Below, piece after piece: positions 39,566 through 52,632 of a stretch of 64,000 nucleotides of DNA (within the stretch, counting starts at the first letter, position 1; every line of letters starts with the position of its first letter). This DNA comes from Octopus vulgaris (taxonomy: Eukaryota), in the NCBI GenBank assembly GCA_951406725.2, contig OX597828.1:4836001-4900000 (forward strand). Reading direction: 5' to 3'. The translations under genes and the position numbers were made by a program. Below the pieces are notes generated by a model. The model was not told where the DNA came from, did not search any database, and saw nothing but the letters and a program-made list of their open reading frames with translations.

Positions 39566-40660
39566 TAAAATTACTCGGGTTCGGTTTCATCCAAATTTCC
39601 AGATAGAGAACTGGCACTAGGTGAAAGGCAGAATGGCCAAACTTAATCGGAAATGGGCTGAGATGGAGCTGTCACTAAAAAGTCCAGCAGAGGCGAAGAC
39701 GACTTCGTCAACTCTGCCATGTATTACTGCCCGACATTAACCTAATCCACATCTCGTTAAACCAGAGCATATGCGCTTTCGTGTTTTAGGGAGTGTAACG
39801 GTTCCACTGATCAGGCGCTCAAGTAATTTCCAACAGCCGATACCTAAACGACTGCGTATTTCGAGGCCGATGATGCGCGTGATGTCTCCAGCGATTGCTC
39901 ACTAACGAGCTGCTACGTTCACTGTAACTCAAACGCGTTTTGTTAAAGGCTGTCTTTTTAACCGATCTGCTATTTTTAGTTCGAAAACTGAGATAGAGCA
40001 TCAGGCATTATGAATATGGTGGAGCTCTTATGGATAATGCGCTGGGAAGAGTTTGAACGTTGTCATACTTCAGAGAATTAATGACGGATAATACATAGCC
40101 ACATTCTTGAGGAAATTATACACTTCAGTGAACATCAACTGGTCCGTACGCTGCTGAGGTCTTTCGAACTATGACCCACAGATAGTTTCAAAAAACTATT
40201 TGGCTTCATACTCTATCTAGTTGAAATATCATGTCGAGATAATCTCTATATGCATCAAAATGCTGTCTCTCACGCCTGTGAAAGACTCATGCTGAGCCAT
40301 GATACAATCCTGCATGCACTCATCCATTTCCAATGAGTGCTGCCTTGTGGACTTCTGCCTAACATCGGTACTCACATGCAGGGTGGATCTACCTTATCAG
40401 CCGACACCATTGCGAGGAACTCTCATTGATGCTGATTGATATGGATGATCGGATGTTTCTGACAAAAAATGTGAAGGGTGAGGTGAGTAAAAGGGCTGAT
40501 GAAAAACATAATTCGGTCAAGCATTCATTAGATTTTTTCTAAAATCTCTTGAATCGGATATTGAGAGTGAAGAACGGAATGATGCTTACCAGCATATTTG
40601 TTGAAAGCCAGATGAGAATATTAAGGGTGTTCTGGGCGTACGAGTCTGCTGATGATTGAA
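39566..40660 (+). mobile_element. Old L1/Tx1-type LINE fragment (post-RT to C-terminus)
   Basis: KLLGFGFHPNFQIENWH*VKGRMAKLNRKWAEMELSLKSPAE matches KLLGVWFGPDLQVDKNWEEVTSRVACLTQKWAERKLSLKGRAE at 58113-58240; DTILHALIH matches ETVLHALVQ. Confidence 0.75.
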
Positions 40661-40868
40661 TTAGAAATTATGGAATGGAACAATTGTCCGAATTTGAAAG
40701 TGCGTGTGTGTCGTTTTGTGGGGATCCACAACTACCTACTTTTTTGTTGTTTATTTTTTTACACAAGCTTCTTTCACAATTGGCCGAGATACCTACCTGG
40801 ACAACTCTGATGATTACATGTTAAAACCTGTCTCAAGGCATGAAAGCAAGAAAGCATTATACTCAGTA

Positions 40869-41265
40869 GGTGCAGGAGTGGCTGTGTGGTAAGTAGCTTG
40901 CTTACCAACCACATGGTTCTGGGTTCAGTCCCACTGCATGGCACCTTGGGCAAGTGTCTTCTTCTATAGCCTCGGGCCGACCAAAGCCTTGTGAGTGGAT
41001 TTAGTAGACGGAAACTGAAATAAGCCCGTCGTATATATGTATATATATGTGTGTGCATGTGTGTTTGTGTGCCTGTATTTGTCCCCCTAGCATTGCTTGA
41101 CAACCGATGCTGGTGTGTTTATGTTCCCTTCACTTAGCGGTTGGGCAAAAGAGACCGATAGAATAAGTACTGGGCTTACAAAGAATAAGTCCCGGAGTCG
41201 AGTTGCTCGACTAAAGGCGGTGCTCCAGCATGGCCGCAGTCAAATGACTGAAACAAGTAAAAGAA
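40869..41265 (+). mobile_element. tRNA-derived SINE family B (CORE-like), full-length
   Basis: A-box-like TGGCTGTGTGG, B-box-like GGTTCAGTCCC, CORE-like GGCACCTTGGGCAAGTG, internal (AT/GT)n, 3' GACTGAAACAAGTAAAAGA plus A-tail. Confidence 0.9.
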
Positions 41266-41479
41266 AAAAAAAATAACAAAACAGTCAAAGTAATATCTAA
41301 GTGAATTCCAAATACAATAAATTCCACAATTAGACGTCCTAGAAACAAGCACAGAAAAAGTTCCTACAAGCACCTACCAGGCCAACATATTAAAGAACAG
41401 CAGAAGCCCACCTTTACATATATGTCAACAACAAAACGAAACAATTGATTATATTTTCTCCATGTGCAGTGTTCATGCG

Positions 41480-41481
41480 CC

Positions 41482-41574
<93 letters not shown>

Positions 41575-41964
41575 ACATGTGTACGTGTGTGCGTGCACAC
41601 ATCTATACGTAGTTTCGTACGTGTGGCTGTAACTCTTTTCTGTTTCTGTTAGCGACCTTATATTATGTTTCGGGTCCAGATAAATAAACGTATCTAGTGT
41701 CAAACAAATTCTTGTAAATTTTAGCATTTTCTCTACACTGCTTCCCAAATGTGATTTTTTTTCACAAAACAATGCATCCATAAACTCACACACACACACA
41801 CAGACACACAGACTCATACACACATATAATACATATGTGTGTATATATATATGTGTATGTCTCTCTCTCTCTTTATATATATATTATACATACATATATA
41901 TATATATACATACACACACACATACATGCATATATATATATATACATACATACACACACATACA

Positions 41965-42010
<46 letters not shown>

Positions 42011-42052
42011 CATACACACAAACACACACACGCACATATATATATATATATA

Positions 42053-42094
<42 letters not shown>

Positions 42095-42341
42095 TGAATA
42101 TACACCGTCTATTGAAGATTATTTATTTAAAATACCTTCTAGTTGATAATTAGATTGTGGCAGCCATGAATATCTTAGTAAAGCCTAAAATAAAATGAAT
42201 AAAATAGAAAATGCAATTAAAATTTCCTTATAGAGTGTAAACTAGCAGGAAAAGAATTTTTAATGTTTTGACCTTCCATCTAGCCTTTGAGTTATTTATT
42301 TCAATATTAGTTCCACGTAGATATATTTCCTGCCCCTCTGA

Positions 42342-42413
<72 letters not shown>

Positions 42414-42435
42414 AATGTGTATATATATGTTTGTT

Positions 42436-42493
<58 letters not shown>

Positions 42494-42500
42494 TGTATAT
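41480..42500. repeat. Dense (CA)n/(AT)n/(GT)n/(ATGT)n microsatellite cluster
   Basis: Visible arrays interspersed with short unique stretches. Confidence 0.9.
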
Positions 42501-43081
42501 AATTCTTTAGTCTAAACACTTTGGTCCATTTCCTTTCGAAATTCTTTTTCATATACTAGGAAAGGAAGATAAAGAATAAAGATAAAGATAAACAAAGGAA
42601 AAAAATATATATATAAGAAAAGATAAACAGAAATTATCACTCTTGGTAACGACGTGAAATTGTTTTAATCTAGTGGACTTTTACGTCTGTTTCTATCTAA
42701 TGTTATTTTGACAGTCCGTGTTTTGATGTTGTTGCTAATTGTTTTCTCTCTCACTAATAATTACTGGCGAACAGCCAATTATTCAGCCCTCTTGTATTAA
42801 ATTTTCTTTCCCGCGGGAAATAATTCATGGATAATATGCGTACTATTATGCATTTAGAGAACAGCTACTTCTAGTTGACCAAAAAGGTGGAAGATATGTC
42901 TTTAAAATAATAGGCAGTAATTATATTAGCAATAGTAAAATTGTGTAAAGTATAAATTATGCACATTAGAGTTACTCATGATTAGACGAAAATAGTTTTG
43001 GCATCGCATATGGCGCATCAGAGAAGAAAATAGAGACGTCTTTTAAATTTTCTGCAATGTAATTTATATATATATATATAT

Positions 43082-43113
<32 letters not shown>

Positions 43114-43159
43114 TGTATGTATGTATGTATGTATGTATGTATGTATGTATGTATGTATT

Positions 43160-43193
<34 letters not shown>

Positions 43194-43390
43194 GGTAGGT
43201 AGGTAGGTAGGTATGTATGCATGTATGTAATTGTATACACAGACGTACAGAGATAAATATACACCCAAGCATACCCATATGGCAGTTGTATAAATACCCA
43301 TGAAAAATTACGTCTACACATACAGTACGTCTCATGGTGGAAACATAAATTAATTCCGTATTGTTTAAGAGCTTCATGAAGCATGTTTAA

Positions 43391-43500
43391 AGTGCTATTC
43401 CGAAAATCCTTAGATCTCGAGGTAAAGGCAATCTTGTTGGATCCGTGTGGCAGATATATGATCCTAGATGTGAATAGCAGCGAAGGTGGCGCCCTCAGAC
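43391..43500 (+). mobile_element. L1/Tx1 APE endonuclease scrap
   Basis: [36 protein letters not shown] is homologous to 15110-15225 (VLLRKSLD..LDPD..LVVLDVSNSECGASRL). Confidence 0.75.
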
Positions 43501-43504
43501 AATT

Positions 43505-43780
43505 TGATATAAAGCAAGTATGTGTAGGCTGTCATCGAGGTTGGTTAACACTACTTTCATTTCTTGGAGGCTATTTTCAAATGAAACCCCATTATGTGGA
43601 ACATCTGGTGGACGATACACGGTACATATTAGTTCCATCTGTTTAATGTGTACCACCAGAGTGCCTGCCAAAGACTGAGTTTGAGTGTGACACCAGGACC
43701 ACAGGTGTGACATCTTCTCGAATGTACATTGCCATTCCCATGAGTCCTTTATTCCTGTCAGTTCGAAGGAGCTACTCTGG
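43505..43780 (-). mobile_element. CR1/L2-type LINE APE endonuclease fragment
   Basis: [19 protein letters not shown] (DR...GGV..YI pattern) and ICTVYRPPD. Confidence 0.65.
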
Positions 43781-43863
43781 TATGTGTGTATATATATATA
43801 TATATATACATCTATATATGGATATGTATGATGTGTGTATATGTGTATATGAGTATGCGTGTA

Positions 43864-43909
<46 letters not shown>

Positions 43910-44634
43910 TATATAATAGTGCATATACACACGTATATACGCTTCTTTCTTTCTCTCTCTGATTTCTTAGCCCCCACTATCATATTAGCCAGTACAATAA
44001 ACACCATTTATTTTTCAGAAATTTGACCATTATATCTTACTCCTACTTTCCTTTTTGAGGTTTACTACTCACTTAAGTAAACACCAACGCCTGTACCATT
44101 TTCTGTACACATCCTTTCCCCTTTGTGCCTTTCAAACATAACACCCTACACCCATTCCTCACGCATATTCATCCCTTACATTTTTATTTCTTCCTATCCC
44201 TCCTCTACTCCTCTCCCATCCCCTTATAATACTTGACCACCAACTGACACTCCTTTTTTTATTTTCTCTTCATTCATTCATTCTTTCTTTCTTTATTCTT
44301 TCCACGCCTATTTCGTTTGATCATTCTCCTCATTTTAACATACACATCCTTTCTCACCTCTTTATCTACATGGAATCTACGTCTCCACACTTTCCATTTG
44401 TAACCACATAATATGAACTCGTATCGGAATTTAGATACCTCGGACAAAAAATATTTCTACCACTTCTACACACCACTTTGTTTTGCTAATGGAACTTAAA
44501 GTATAACAGCCAACATATATTTCTATTTTTACTTCTATTCTCTTATTTCCATTTATACTTCTTATTTCCATCCTTTTCCAAAGTACTCCTTACATTGAAC
44601 TCTACTATTTCCCTATATTTAACCATCTCCCACT

Positions 44635-44682
44635 GTCTCTGATGAAGGGATATCCCTAATAACCCAGAGACAGCTGTAAGAC
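44635..44682 (+). ncRNA. Minimal type I hammerhead ribozyme with GAAA->GAGA substitution, in a C/T-rich Penelope pLTR-like stretch (approx. 43960-44790)
   Basis: GTCT-CTGATGA-AGGG...CCCA-GAGAC-AGCT-GTA-AGAC. Stem I GTCT/AGAC, stem II GGG/CCC, palindromic stem III ACAGCTGT. Confidence 0.65.
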
Positions 44683-44881
44683 TAACTTTAGAAATATCCT
44701 GAAAATTCTACTCATCCTTCGCTTTGTTGTCTCATTTAATTTATCATATAAATGCCCATACAAACCCCACATTAGACTCCTCATTCGTATTATTGTCGAA
44801 ACGAGAATTTAACTACGGTCCTTCCATAGCACTTACATAGCCTCACCAGCCAGCTTGGGTCTTCTGGATACCAATACCTCT

Positions 44882-44926
<45 letters not shown>

Positions 44927-46827
44927 ACACACACACATATATATATACATACATACATACATAATAACTTGGATCAAATACATAAAACTGCGAGGTGTCA
45001 GTAATAGTTGAATACCGCACCGAATATCCTACTTGCTACTATAGCATTACTATTATAGTACAAAATTAACTAAATACTTAGCTAGACATAGTACATATGT
45101 ATCCACCATTTTCTTATGCATCACGCAGTTTCTATACCTTTAAAATGAACAGCATCCACAGTTCTATATTTCATGCTTCTATCAGTATATTTAACATTGT
45201 TAGAAGAATCGGTTTGCATACACGCATTATTGATTGGTTTTGCCCGTAACATCTTTCTTGTAACTTAAATTATGAGCAGCTAAGGATTATATATATATTT
45301 ACAAAAGAAAAAAACCTTTTGCACTACGAGTCATCCTTAATCCGAGTAATATAAAAGAAAACAAATAAAACCATAAGATCATTATCAATATTTTCAAACG
45401 CCAACAGTCTTAAAATCGTTCATTAATATTTGTACGTTTGTATTCGCTTACAATTATTCAATAATAAGTGAATTATAAGAACAGATGTCTTATATACTGT
45501 CCCCTGCGAAACACGTTTAACTTTTCTTAAATACTCAAACTCTTTTCAAAATCATAAATAAACGCAATCGCAAACAATTTATCTTATTACTTTCCTCTAT
45601 CATATTTAGAAATTCACAATTTTGATCTCCCGATATTCAGAATTTTCGGTCTTTCAGCATTTGTTTTTGTGACGATCGTCCTCTTGTGGACAAATTTAAG
45701 ACCCAACCGTCCAAATACGTGCGTGAGCGTACATAATGATGTATTTACATACATTAACACGCACACACTCACTCACACACACACACGCACACACACACGC
45801 ACACACACGCACACTCACGCACATAAACACACATAACTACACGTACACACACACATACAGACTTATAACTACACGTACACACACAAACAAATATCATATA
45901 ATGTGTGTGTATATATGTTTAAATTGTTCGATCGGCTTCTGCAGAGGTTCAAACGAAGAACTTCGGCCAAAATGTATTTGAAATCGTATATCGTAGACAG
46001 GAAACTCTGGAGCTGTTTACAGCTTAGTGTGCTTGAACCCAAAATATTAATTTGAACAGGAAAATTCTTAACTGCAAAATGATGCTTACATTTTGAAGAC
46101 GATTCCTGCCTCATTTCAATCGAGGACCATATAATAAATACAAGGCAAGTACTCTTGTTGATTAAATAAATTTCGACACCTCCACAAAATGTGTGCTTTG
46201 TGTCTACGTTAGAAATCTTTGTTATTTTCATTAATGTGGTTTTAGCCGTATTTTCCCTTGGTAGTGTTATTATTTTATTTGTAGTTATTTCGTTACTTGT
46301 TTCATCTATTCATATATATTTTTTGTTTCATTCTTCCTTTAGCCGTTAATAAATAGCGTAATGGGAGTGAATATTCTCTGCTTCCTACTCCACGTCTTGC
46401 GAGACATCATCAGATGCTTCTCACTGAAATAGATTAGTCACCTCTTTTAATAAATAGTAAAACGCTAAAAGACAGGAAAATGTCTCATATATAGCTAAAC
46501 CGATTTTAGCGTGTGCATGTGTTTATGTATGTATTGATATACATATATAGATATATACATAGACACATACATACATATATATATGTGTGTGTGTGTGTTT
46601 ATATGTGTGTGTGGTATGTACATATGTATGTATATAAATATATGCATATAAGATGCGTATGTATGCGCGTATATTTATTGGATTTTTGAAAAGGCTGTTT
46701 TTCTTCTTGCACTAAATAATCTGCATATATATTACATTGATGTCTTTTCTTTTTTTTTCTTCTGTTTTTTTCAGAGACGTCTGTTACCACGATCGAATCA
46801 TTATTTTTCTGCGCCACAATACAACTT

Positions 46828-47824
46828 CCAGTAATAGGTTCTCTACTTCACTTTAAATCACTACCACTGCATTCCATCAAGATGTTTCCTGATTAGATTA
46901 ACGTAAATACATACTTGTGTATCAATGAGACTTGTGATTTTCGCATTTACGTATGCATTAAATCTGTATTCATCATTCTGTTTTTACTTTTCTCCAGATA
47001 TTTCAATTTATTTCCTTAAATATTACCGTAAAGACAAAAGCGAAATAGTCCAAAACTTTTCGACATTATATCAAAATACACAGAGATTCTGTACATCAAT
47101 TTCATAAATATATTTGAAAGAAAATGATATTTCGATATCTATTACTGAAAATTTCATTAGAGTATCAAGAAATAATATCAAGAGATGATACGAATGTATT
47201 GTTAGCACATATTTCACTGTGATTTATGATGTCTGTCCCCAACCCATTTACTACACTGAAATTCATAATCTCAATGAGAACCAACGTAAATATTTGTATA
47301 GAAACATGTATATGTTATGTCTAATTCTATGAAAATACTGCAACTTTGCGAGACAAACCTAGCAAGACCAGTGATATGTTGACACCAACTTTGTAGCTGG
47401 CAAAGACATTTGTTGAATCAGTCCTTCACTTTAAAAAATAAGCAGTAGAGCAAAATTATCAAATATGTTGCTTGCGTTTTATCTTTGAATCAGCTCTCTG
47501 GTGACACCTACAGGAGATAGTGGAATATGCAAATCAGTTGGTATCTGAAAACAAAGAATAATAAACTACATTGAAATGTGGACCTGATAGGTGCTATTAA
47601 AATACTATGAAGCCTATTTGATTACTCCGAGTGTAACACGTTTTCATGAAATATCTGGAGAAAAGTAAAAACAGAATGATGAATACAGATTTAATGCATA
47701 CGTAAATGCGAAAATCACAAGTCTCATTGATGCACAAGTATGTATTTACGTTAATCTAATCAGGAAACATCTTGATGGAATGCAGTGGTAGTGATTTAAA
47801 GTGAAGTAGAAAACCTATTACTGG
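46828..47824. mobile_element. 997-bp foldback / MITE-like element with 178-bp terminal inverted repeats
   Basis: 46828-47005 and 47647-47824 are reverse complements with two mismatches by eye; termini CCAGTA...TACTGG; CTT flanks both sides. Confidence 0.85.
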
Positions 47825-48627
47825 CTTCCTCTAACGCACTTCTGACAGCTCTGCACTCGTACTGGAGACATACAATGGCTATCTTATATAAGTATGCAAA
47901 ATATATTGAATTGCATTATAAGTATAATAAGCCCTGTTGTTTGGAGCGGTGAACATAGATTATTGGTGCAAAAAAAAGAAAACAGAGCGCTTCGACCACA
48001 TAAAACATATGTACAAAAATAAATACCAAGCCGTCTCAGAAATTACACGGGATCTATCATAAATGTAATGTTTATTTACTTTTTATTTAAACAATAACAT
48101 GTAACGTGATAATGGTGTAGTCATCTAATTTGAGATGTATTTTGTTTTCAATTTTCATATTGAGAATGTTGCTACATTAATTTCAAGATTAGCATAGATC
48201 TATGGTTGCTCTAGTGAATTTAAATATGCCTATAGCATGACCGTTCAATCTAAATGATACCAGACAAAGTCATATGTTCCCTGAATAATATAAACCCAGA
48301 TGTTTACGGATACAAAATGAGGGACTGTGCAGCGGAAATAAAGAAGATGCATCATATGGTAAAACAATGGTAAAAGAATTCCGTATCAATTTCCTTTGCG
48401 TGGAACTCTTTCTGCTCTGAGATACACTGAGGTCAGGATAAGTGTTTTTGTACATCACCTTATATCACACACGGAGTACTTTTTTTTAGAAGCTCCGAGG
48501 TAGCTATAAGGGGATACACAACGTCTAACGTCTGAGAACACTGAATCGTATCGTTGAAACAGTTGTAAGCAAATGAAATTGATTACGTAAATCATATAAT
48601 ATGTGTCTATATATATATATAGAGAGA

Positions 48628-49088
48628 GTAAAATCTATTTACTAACGTAAAATGGCAATCCTACTACGTTGGCAAATAGATTTGACGCTCTAGTACTGTT
48701 ACAGCTTACTTCTCGCTCAGAGTTTTAAAACTAATTGCTTTCGTCTTTACGAGATCAGTGCTTGTGTGTCGCTTTGAAAGTATATCACTCGAACAAGGCC
48801 TAGCGTTGCTATCTCTAGCTAACGGTAATCATGTGCCGATGACGAGAAATTATCCAGAAATCAAGGTCCGCGAGTACTGTTTAAGTTGTTTGAGTGGAGA
48901 CATTAACTCAGTTGTTCGAAGCATAAGCATGCAGCTGTGTATCAGTAGTCAGCTGGAAAAGATGTCTTCCGGGGGCTAAAAAAAGGTAGTAACATCGTCC
49001 TGATCAGGACAGACACTGTACATTGGCAAATAGATTTTACTCTGTAGTACTGTACTGCTTGCTTCTCGCTCAGAGATTTTTAAAACTA
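48628..49088 (+). mobile_element. Second locus of the ~350-bp hammerhead-bearing tandem unit
   Basis: TTGGCAAATAGATTT...CTCGCTCAGAG..TTTAAAACTA at 48669 and 49023 (period 354). Shares CAGCTG...GATGTCTT...GGGGCTAAAAA blocks with 4380-4770. Degenerate hammerhead at 48833-48871. Confidence 0.75.
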
Positions 49089-49092
49089 TATA

Positions 49093-49129
<37 letters not shown>

Positions 49130-49211
49130 CATAGTACATAGTTTCTTTTCCGTTTAGATAAGATCAATAAAAGAAAAGTACGCCATCCGGTGGAAGATAA
49201 AAATTATTTAA

Positions 49212-49918
49212 TGTACACTGTATACAGTTATGAGCTACTGTTAAATTCATACACTAAAAACGTTTTACATGTAAGTTTTAGTAACAAGGAGAGTGTTTCC
49301 AAGCAATCTCCGGGCTCTGAGCACTTGTTCTATACAAGTTACAAATCAGGATAATAGAACAAGCACGCGTAATACGAGATGATGGTGGATGCAAAAAGTG
49401 GAAGAATGATTGAAAGGGGAAAAAGAAAAATGTGAAATTAAAGTTATGTCCCTTTATACCGTAAAGTCAAAATGCTAGTTGATGTAGTCTAAAGTCTGTG
49501 ACACAGCTGCTCAATCCGGAGAGGTTGGTACTATAAGAAACATGTCCGTAGAAAATATCTGATCTCGAATTCTGAGGCGCGGGGAAATTCTTAGATCTAA
49601 AGGGGATGTGTTATCTTTTGCTGCACATAACTTGCATCAGCTTTATGACTTTATGGTCGAAGGAGACATAATTCTAAGTCTTCTTTCATATCTTTCTTTT
49701 CCCGTTTCTTCAACCTTTCACCTTTTGCATCTACCTTCCACTAGTTTTCTTTTTTGTTCTGTGAATTCTTTCCTTCTATTGTCCTGATTTGGAAATTGTA
49801 TAGTCATGCCCTCAGAGCCCGTAGATTGCTTGCAGACACCAGGCGAGTTGTTAAAATCAACCTGGAAAAATCTCCAATGTATGAATCTATTAGAAGCTCA
49901 TAACAGTGCACGGAACAT
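49212..49918. mobile_element. Old ~700-bp foldback (MITE-like) element with diverged ~290-bp arms
   Basis: GTTATGAGCT, CAAGCAATCT.CGGGCTCTGAG, CAAATCAGGA.AATAGAA, GATGCAAAA and TAAAGTCA on the left recur as reverse complements, in mirrored order, at 49610-49918. Confidence 0.75.
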
Positions 49919-49926
49919 ATTAAACG

Positions 49927-49997
<71 letters not shown>

Positions 49998-50001
49998 TAA
50001 A

Positions 50002-50043
<42 letters not shown>

Positions 50044-50085
50044 GTGTGTATATATATATACACACACAATTGCAGCATGAAGTTT

Positions 50086-50132
50086 TGTCAGTGAACAGGT
50101 CGCGGTCTCAAAGCGACGAAAATATTTTGACA
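50086..50132 (+). ncRNA. Hammerhead-like fold with a G3-C8 swapped core, in an (AT)n-flanked ~200-bp segment (approx. 50070-50273)
   Basis: TGTCA-GTGAACA-G-GTCGC-GGTCTCAAA-GCGAC-GAAA-ATATTT-TGACA. Stem I 5 bp, stem II 5 bp, GAAA box, palindromic AATATT. Confidence 0.5.
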
Positions 50133-50272
50133 GATTAAATTTAAATGTTGAAGTGAGTCTAACTGTTTTTGTGTGTTACTTAAATGGCTTATAAACACCT
50201 TCCACAATGCAATTGTTTTCGTTCCAGCAAATGATCTCAGATCAAATCACTTGCTATGCAAGTACATCTCCG

Positions 50273-50348
<76 letters not shown>

Positions 50349-52400
50349 CATAACAAACACTAGGATATCAGAAATTAGCAAACATTCTATTTTATACAAC
50401 TTTCTATTCATAGCAACACGCTATTTCATATATACAATCACGTACGAATGTACATGCACTTATATGTCCGCACATACGCCTAGATATTACATATACACAT
50501 AAGCTGCAAATATACTAATTTACTAATATTAATGTAAATAGCTTTTACGAGCCAGTGTATTACGATCTTTTGAATGAAAAATGAATGATTACCCAAATTT
50601 ATTGAAAAGCCGTTGTATAGATTTATTCTCAGATAAGTTGCTGGGTTTCTCTATTGTATGATTGAATGTTACTGTAGTATGAATATAATATTCTTCAGCA
50701 TTATTTATAACTATTTTGTTTATATTAAACTTATCTAAGTGTATCGACATCTCTCAAAGATTCCAACGAAAGCCTCAGGTCTTCCAAAACCTAGTGTGTA
50801 ATATACAAGATGAATTTCTTCACAGCTTCACTTGACTTAATAAGTTTGATATTTCTTTCCTTCTCAGCAGCTATTTCTATAGGTGGCCGTAACAAGCGAA
50901 AGGCTGAAGGGAATTTGACATAAATATGATCCACATTAGAGCTATATTAACCGTTCCCCTACCATAGTCAGTTGCATTATTTGCAATGGCTTTCTACTCC
51001 GAGCGGTGTTCCGTGTTTCTCTATAATATAAACAGTTGAAGTTAACGGAATGTTATTACGTTATGAAGAACTAGCTTCATGAATAGGGAAATGAACAGAC
51101 TGAAGGTGCTATTTCCATTAACTTTGAATCATAATTGATGGAAAACGGAACTCGCTGAGTAGTTATCGACAGAGTAAGAAAATACCAGCGGCGCCCTCCT
51201 GGAGTAAAATAATATTATTAATTTCTCTAATGTAATTTATAATATATATGGCCACTTAAATGTTTTATGTAATAACTGAGACCAAACTGTGAGATATAGT
51301 GTCAGACAACAAGCTGATATACTGCCCCATTTTCAATTTCTCGTGATTACTATTCAACAGAATATACATTCATAATAATGGGATAGTTCTCAGAAATATT
51401 GCTACGCTTCCTGATGTTCATCTTCAATCGGGCCGTGTGGAATGTAAGGTATTAGATTATTTTATGTCAAATATCGGTTACCCAATATATTTCCATGTAC
51501 ACAGGTACGCCTAACTGCTTTACTTTTGCAAAGTCATTCTATGTGCAATGAGTAACCAGTTTCGAATTATATACAACATAAATTGTAATACTTACACATA
51601 TGCATACAGACATTACAAGTGTGTATCAATACACATACATATAAACACGCTTATAACACACACACACACGCATAGAGTCCAAAGAAGAAAACAAAAAGTG
51701 ATTTTAACACATTTTTAATTATCACTTACAAATGTTTCTGTACTAATTCTGCTTTCCGCACCAGTTCAGGCAAAACTTCCAAGTGAAACATTTACGTAAA
51801 ATAGTTCGGTTTTAAGCATTAGAGTAGCTCTTATTCAGCCCCGCTGGTGCACTTTTCCATAGAGCGTTTGCTAGAATTTTTGTGTTGCAGATATCGGGAG
51901 GAAAGAAAATGTTCATAAATATGAAAATGTAAAAAGATTGTACCAGAGTAGATAAAAATATGGTTAGGGGATGAAGAAGTAGTATATAGGGAAGAAGAAA
52001 AAAAGAAAAGGAGGGAGAGGGGGGGGAAAGAAGATGATAGAACAGAAGAAAAGGAAGGAAGAAGTGGAAAAGAACGTGCGGAAGTTGAAGAAGATGGAGA
52101 AGGCGAGAATATGAAAGGAAGAAGAAAAAAGAAAGACAAAACCGAAATCGAAAACTGGACGGAAGAAGGAGTTTTATTTGGACAATCGCATATTAAAATG
52201 GAAGGGGGGAAATTGTTTCCAATGATAAAATAAAATGAAGTGATGGGGGGAGAGAAAGGGGGTGAAATTTAAAACAGTAGAAAGTGCAACTGCAACAATA
52301 CTAATAATAGGTATAAAGTGATAAGAAAATAATGAGAATAATGCTACCACTATTATTAATAATAAAGATAATAATGCTATTATTAATGATAACACTAACA

Positions 52401-52632
52401 AGGCACTGGCTTTTCATAGCTTGTGCTCTGAACTAATTAGAAGTGTTATCATGTCTTGGTATAAGAGATGGGCTATAGCAAATATTCTGCGCAGTACCAC
52501 AGATTTGCTTGTCAGTTGTTTGATCTTGACCAGCTTAGCTTGTCTCTTAGTGGCAGAGATATGTGCATCTCTGATCACGAGTAGAAGTAGTGGAGGAGAA
52601 TTCCTTGGAGTTTGAATAATTCACCACTAGAA
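52401..52632. mobile_element. Inverted partial copy of the ~555-bp repeat
   Basis: Reverse complement of ~21310-21575 (GCAAATATTCTGC..ACCACAGATTTGCTTGTCAGTTGTTTGA, GTGCATCTCTGATCACGAG). Confidence 0.85.
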
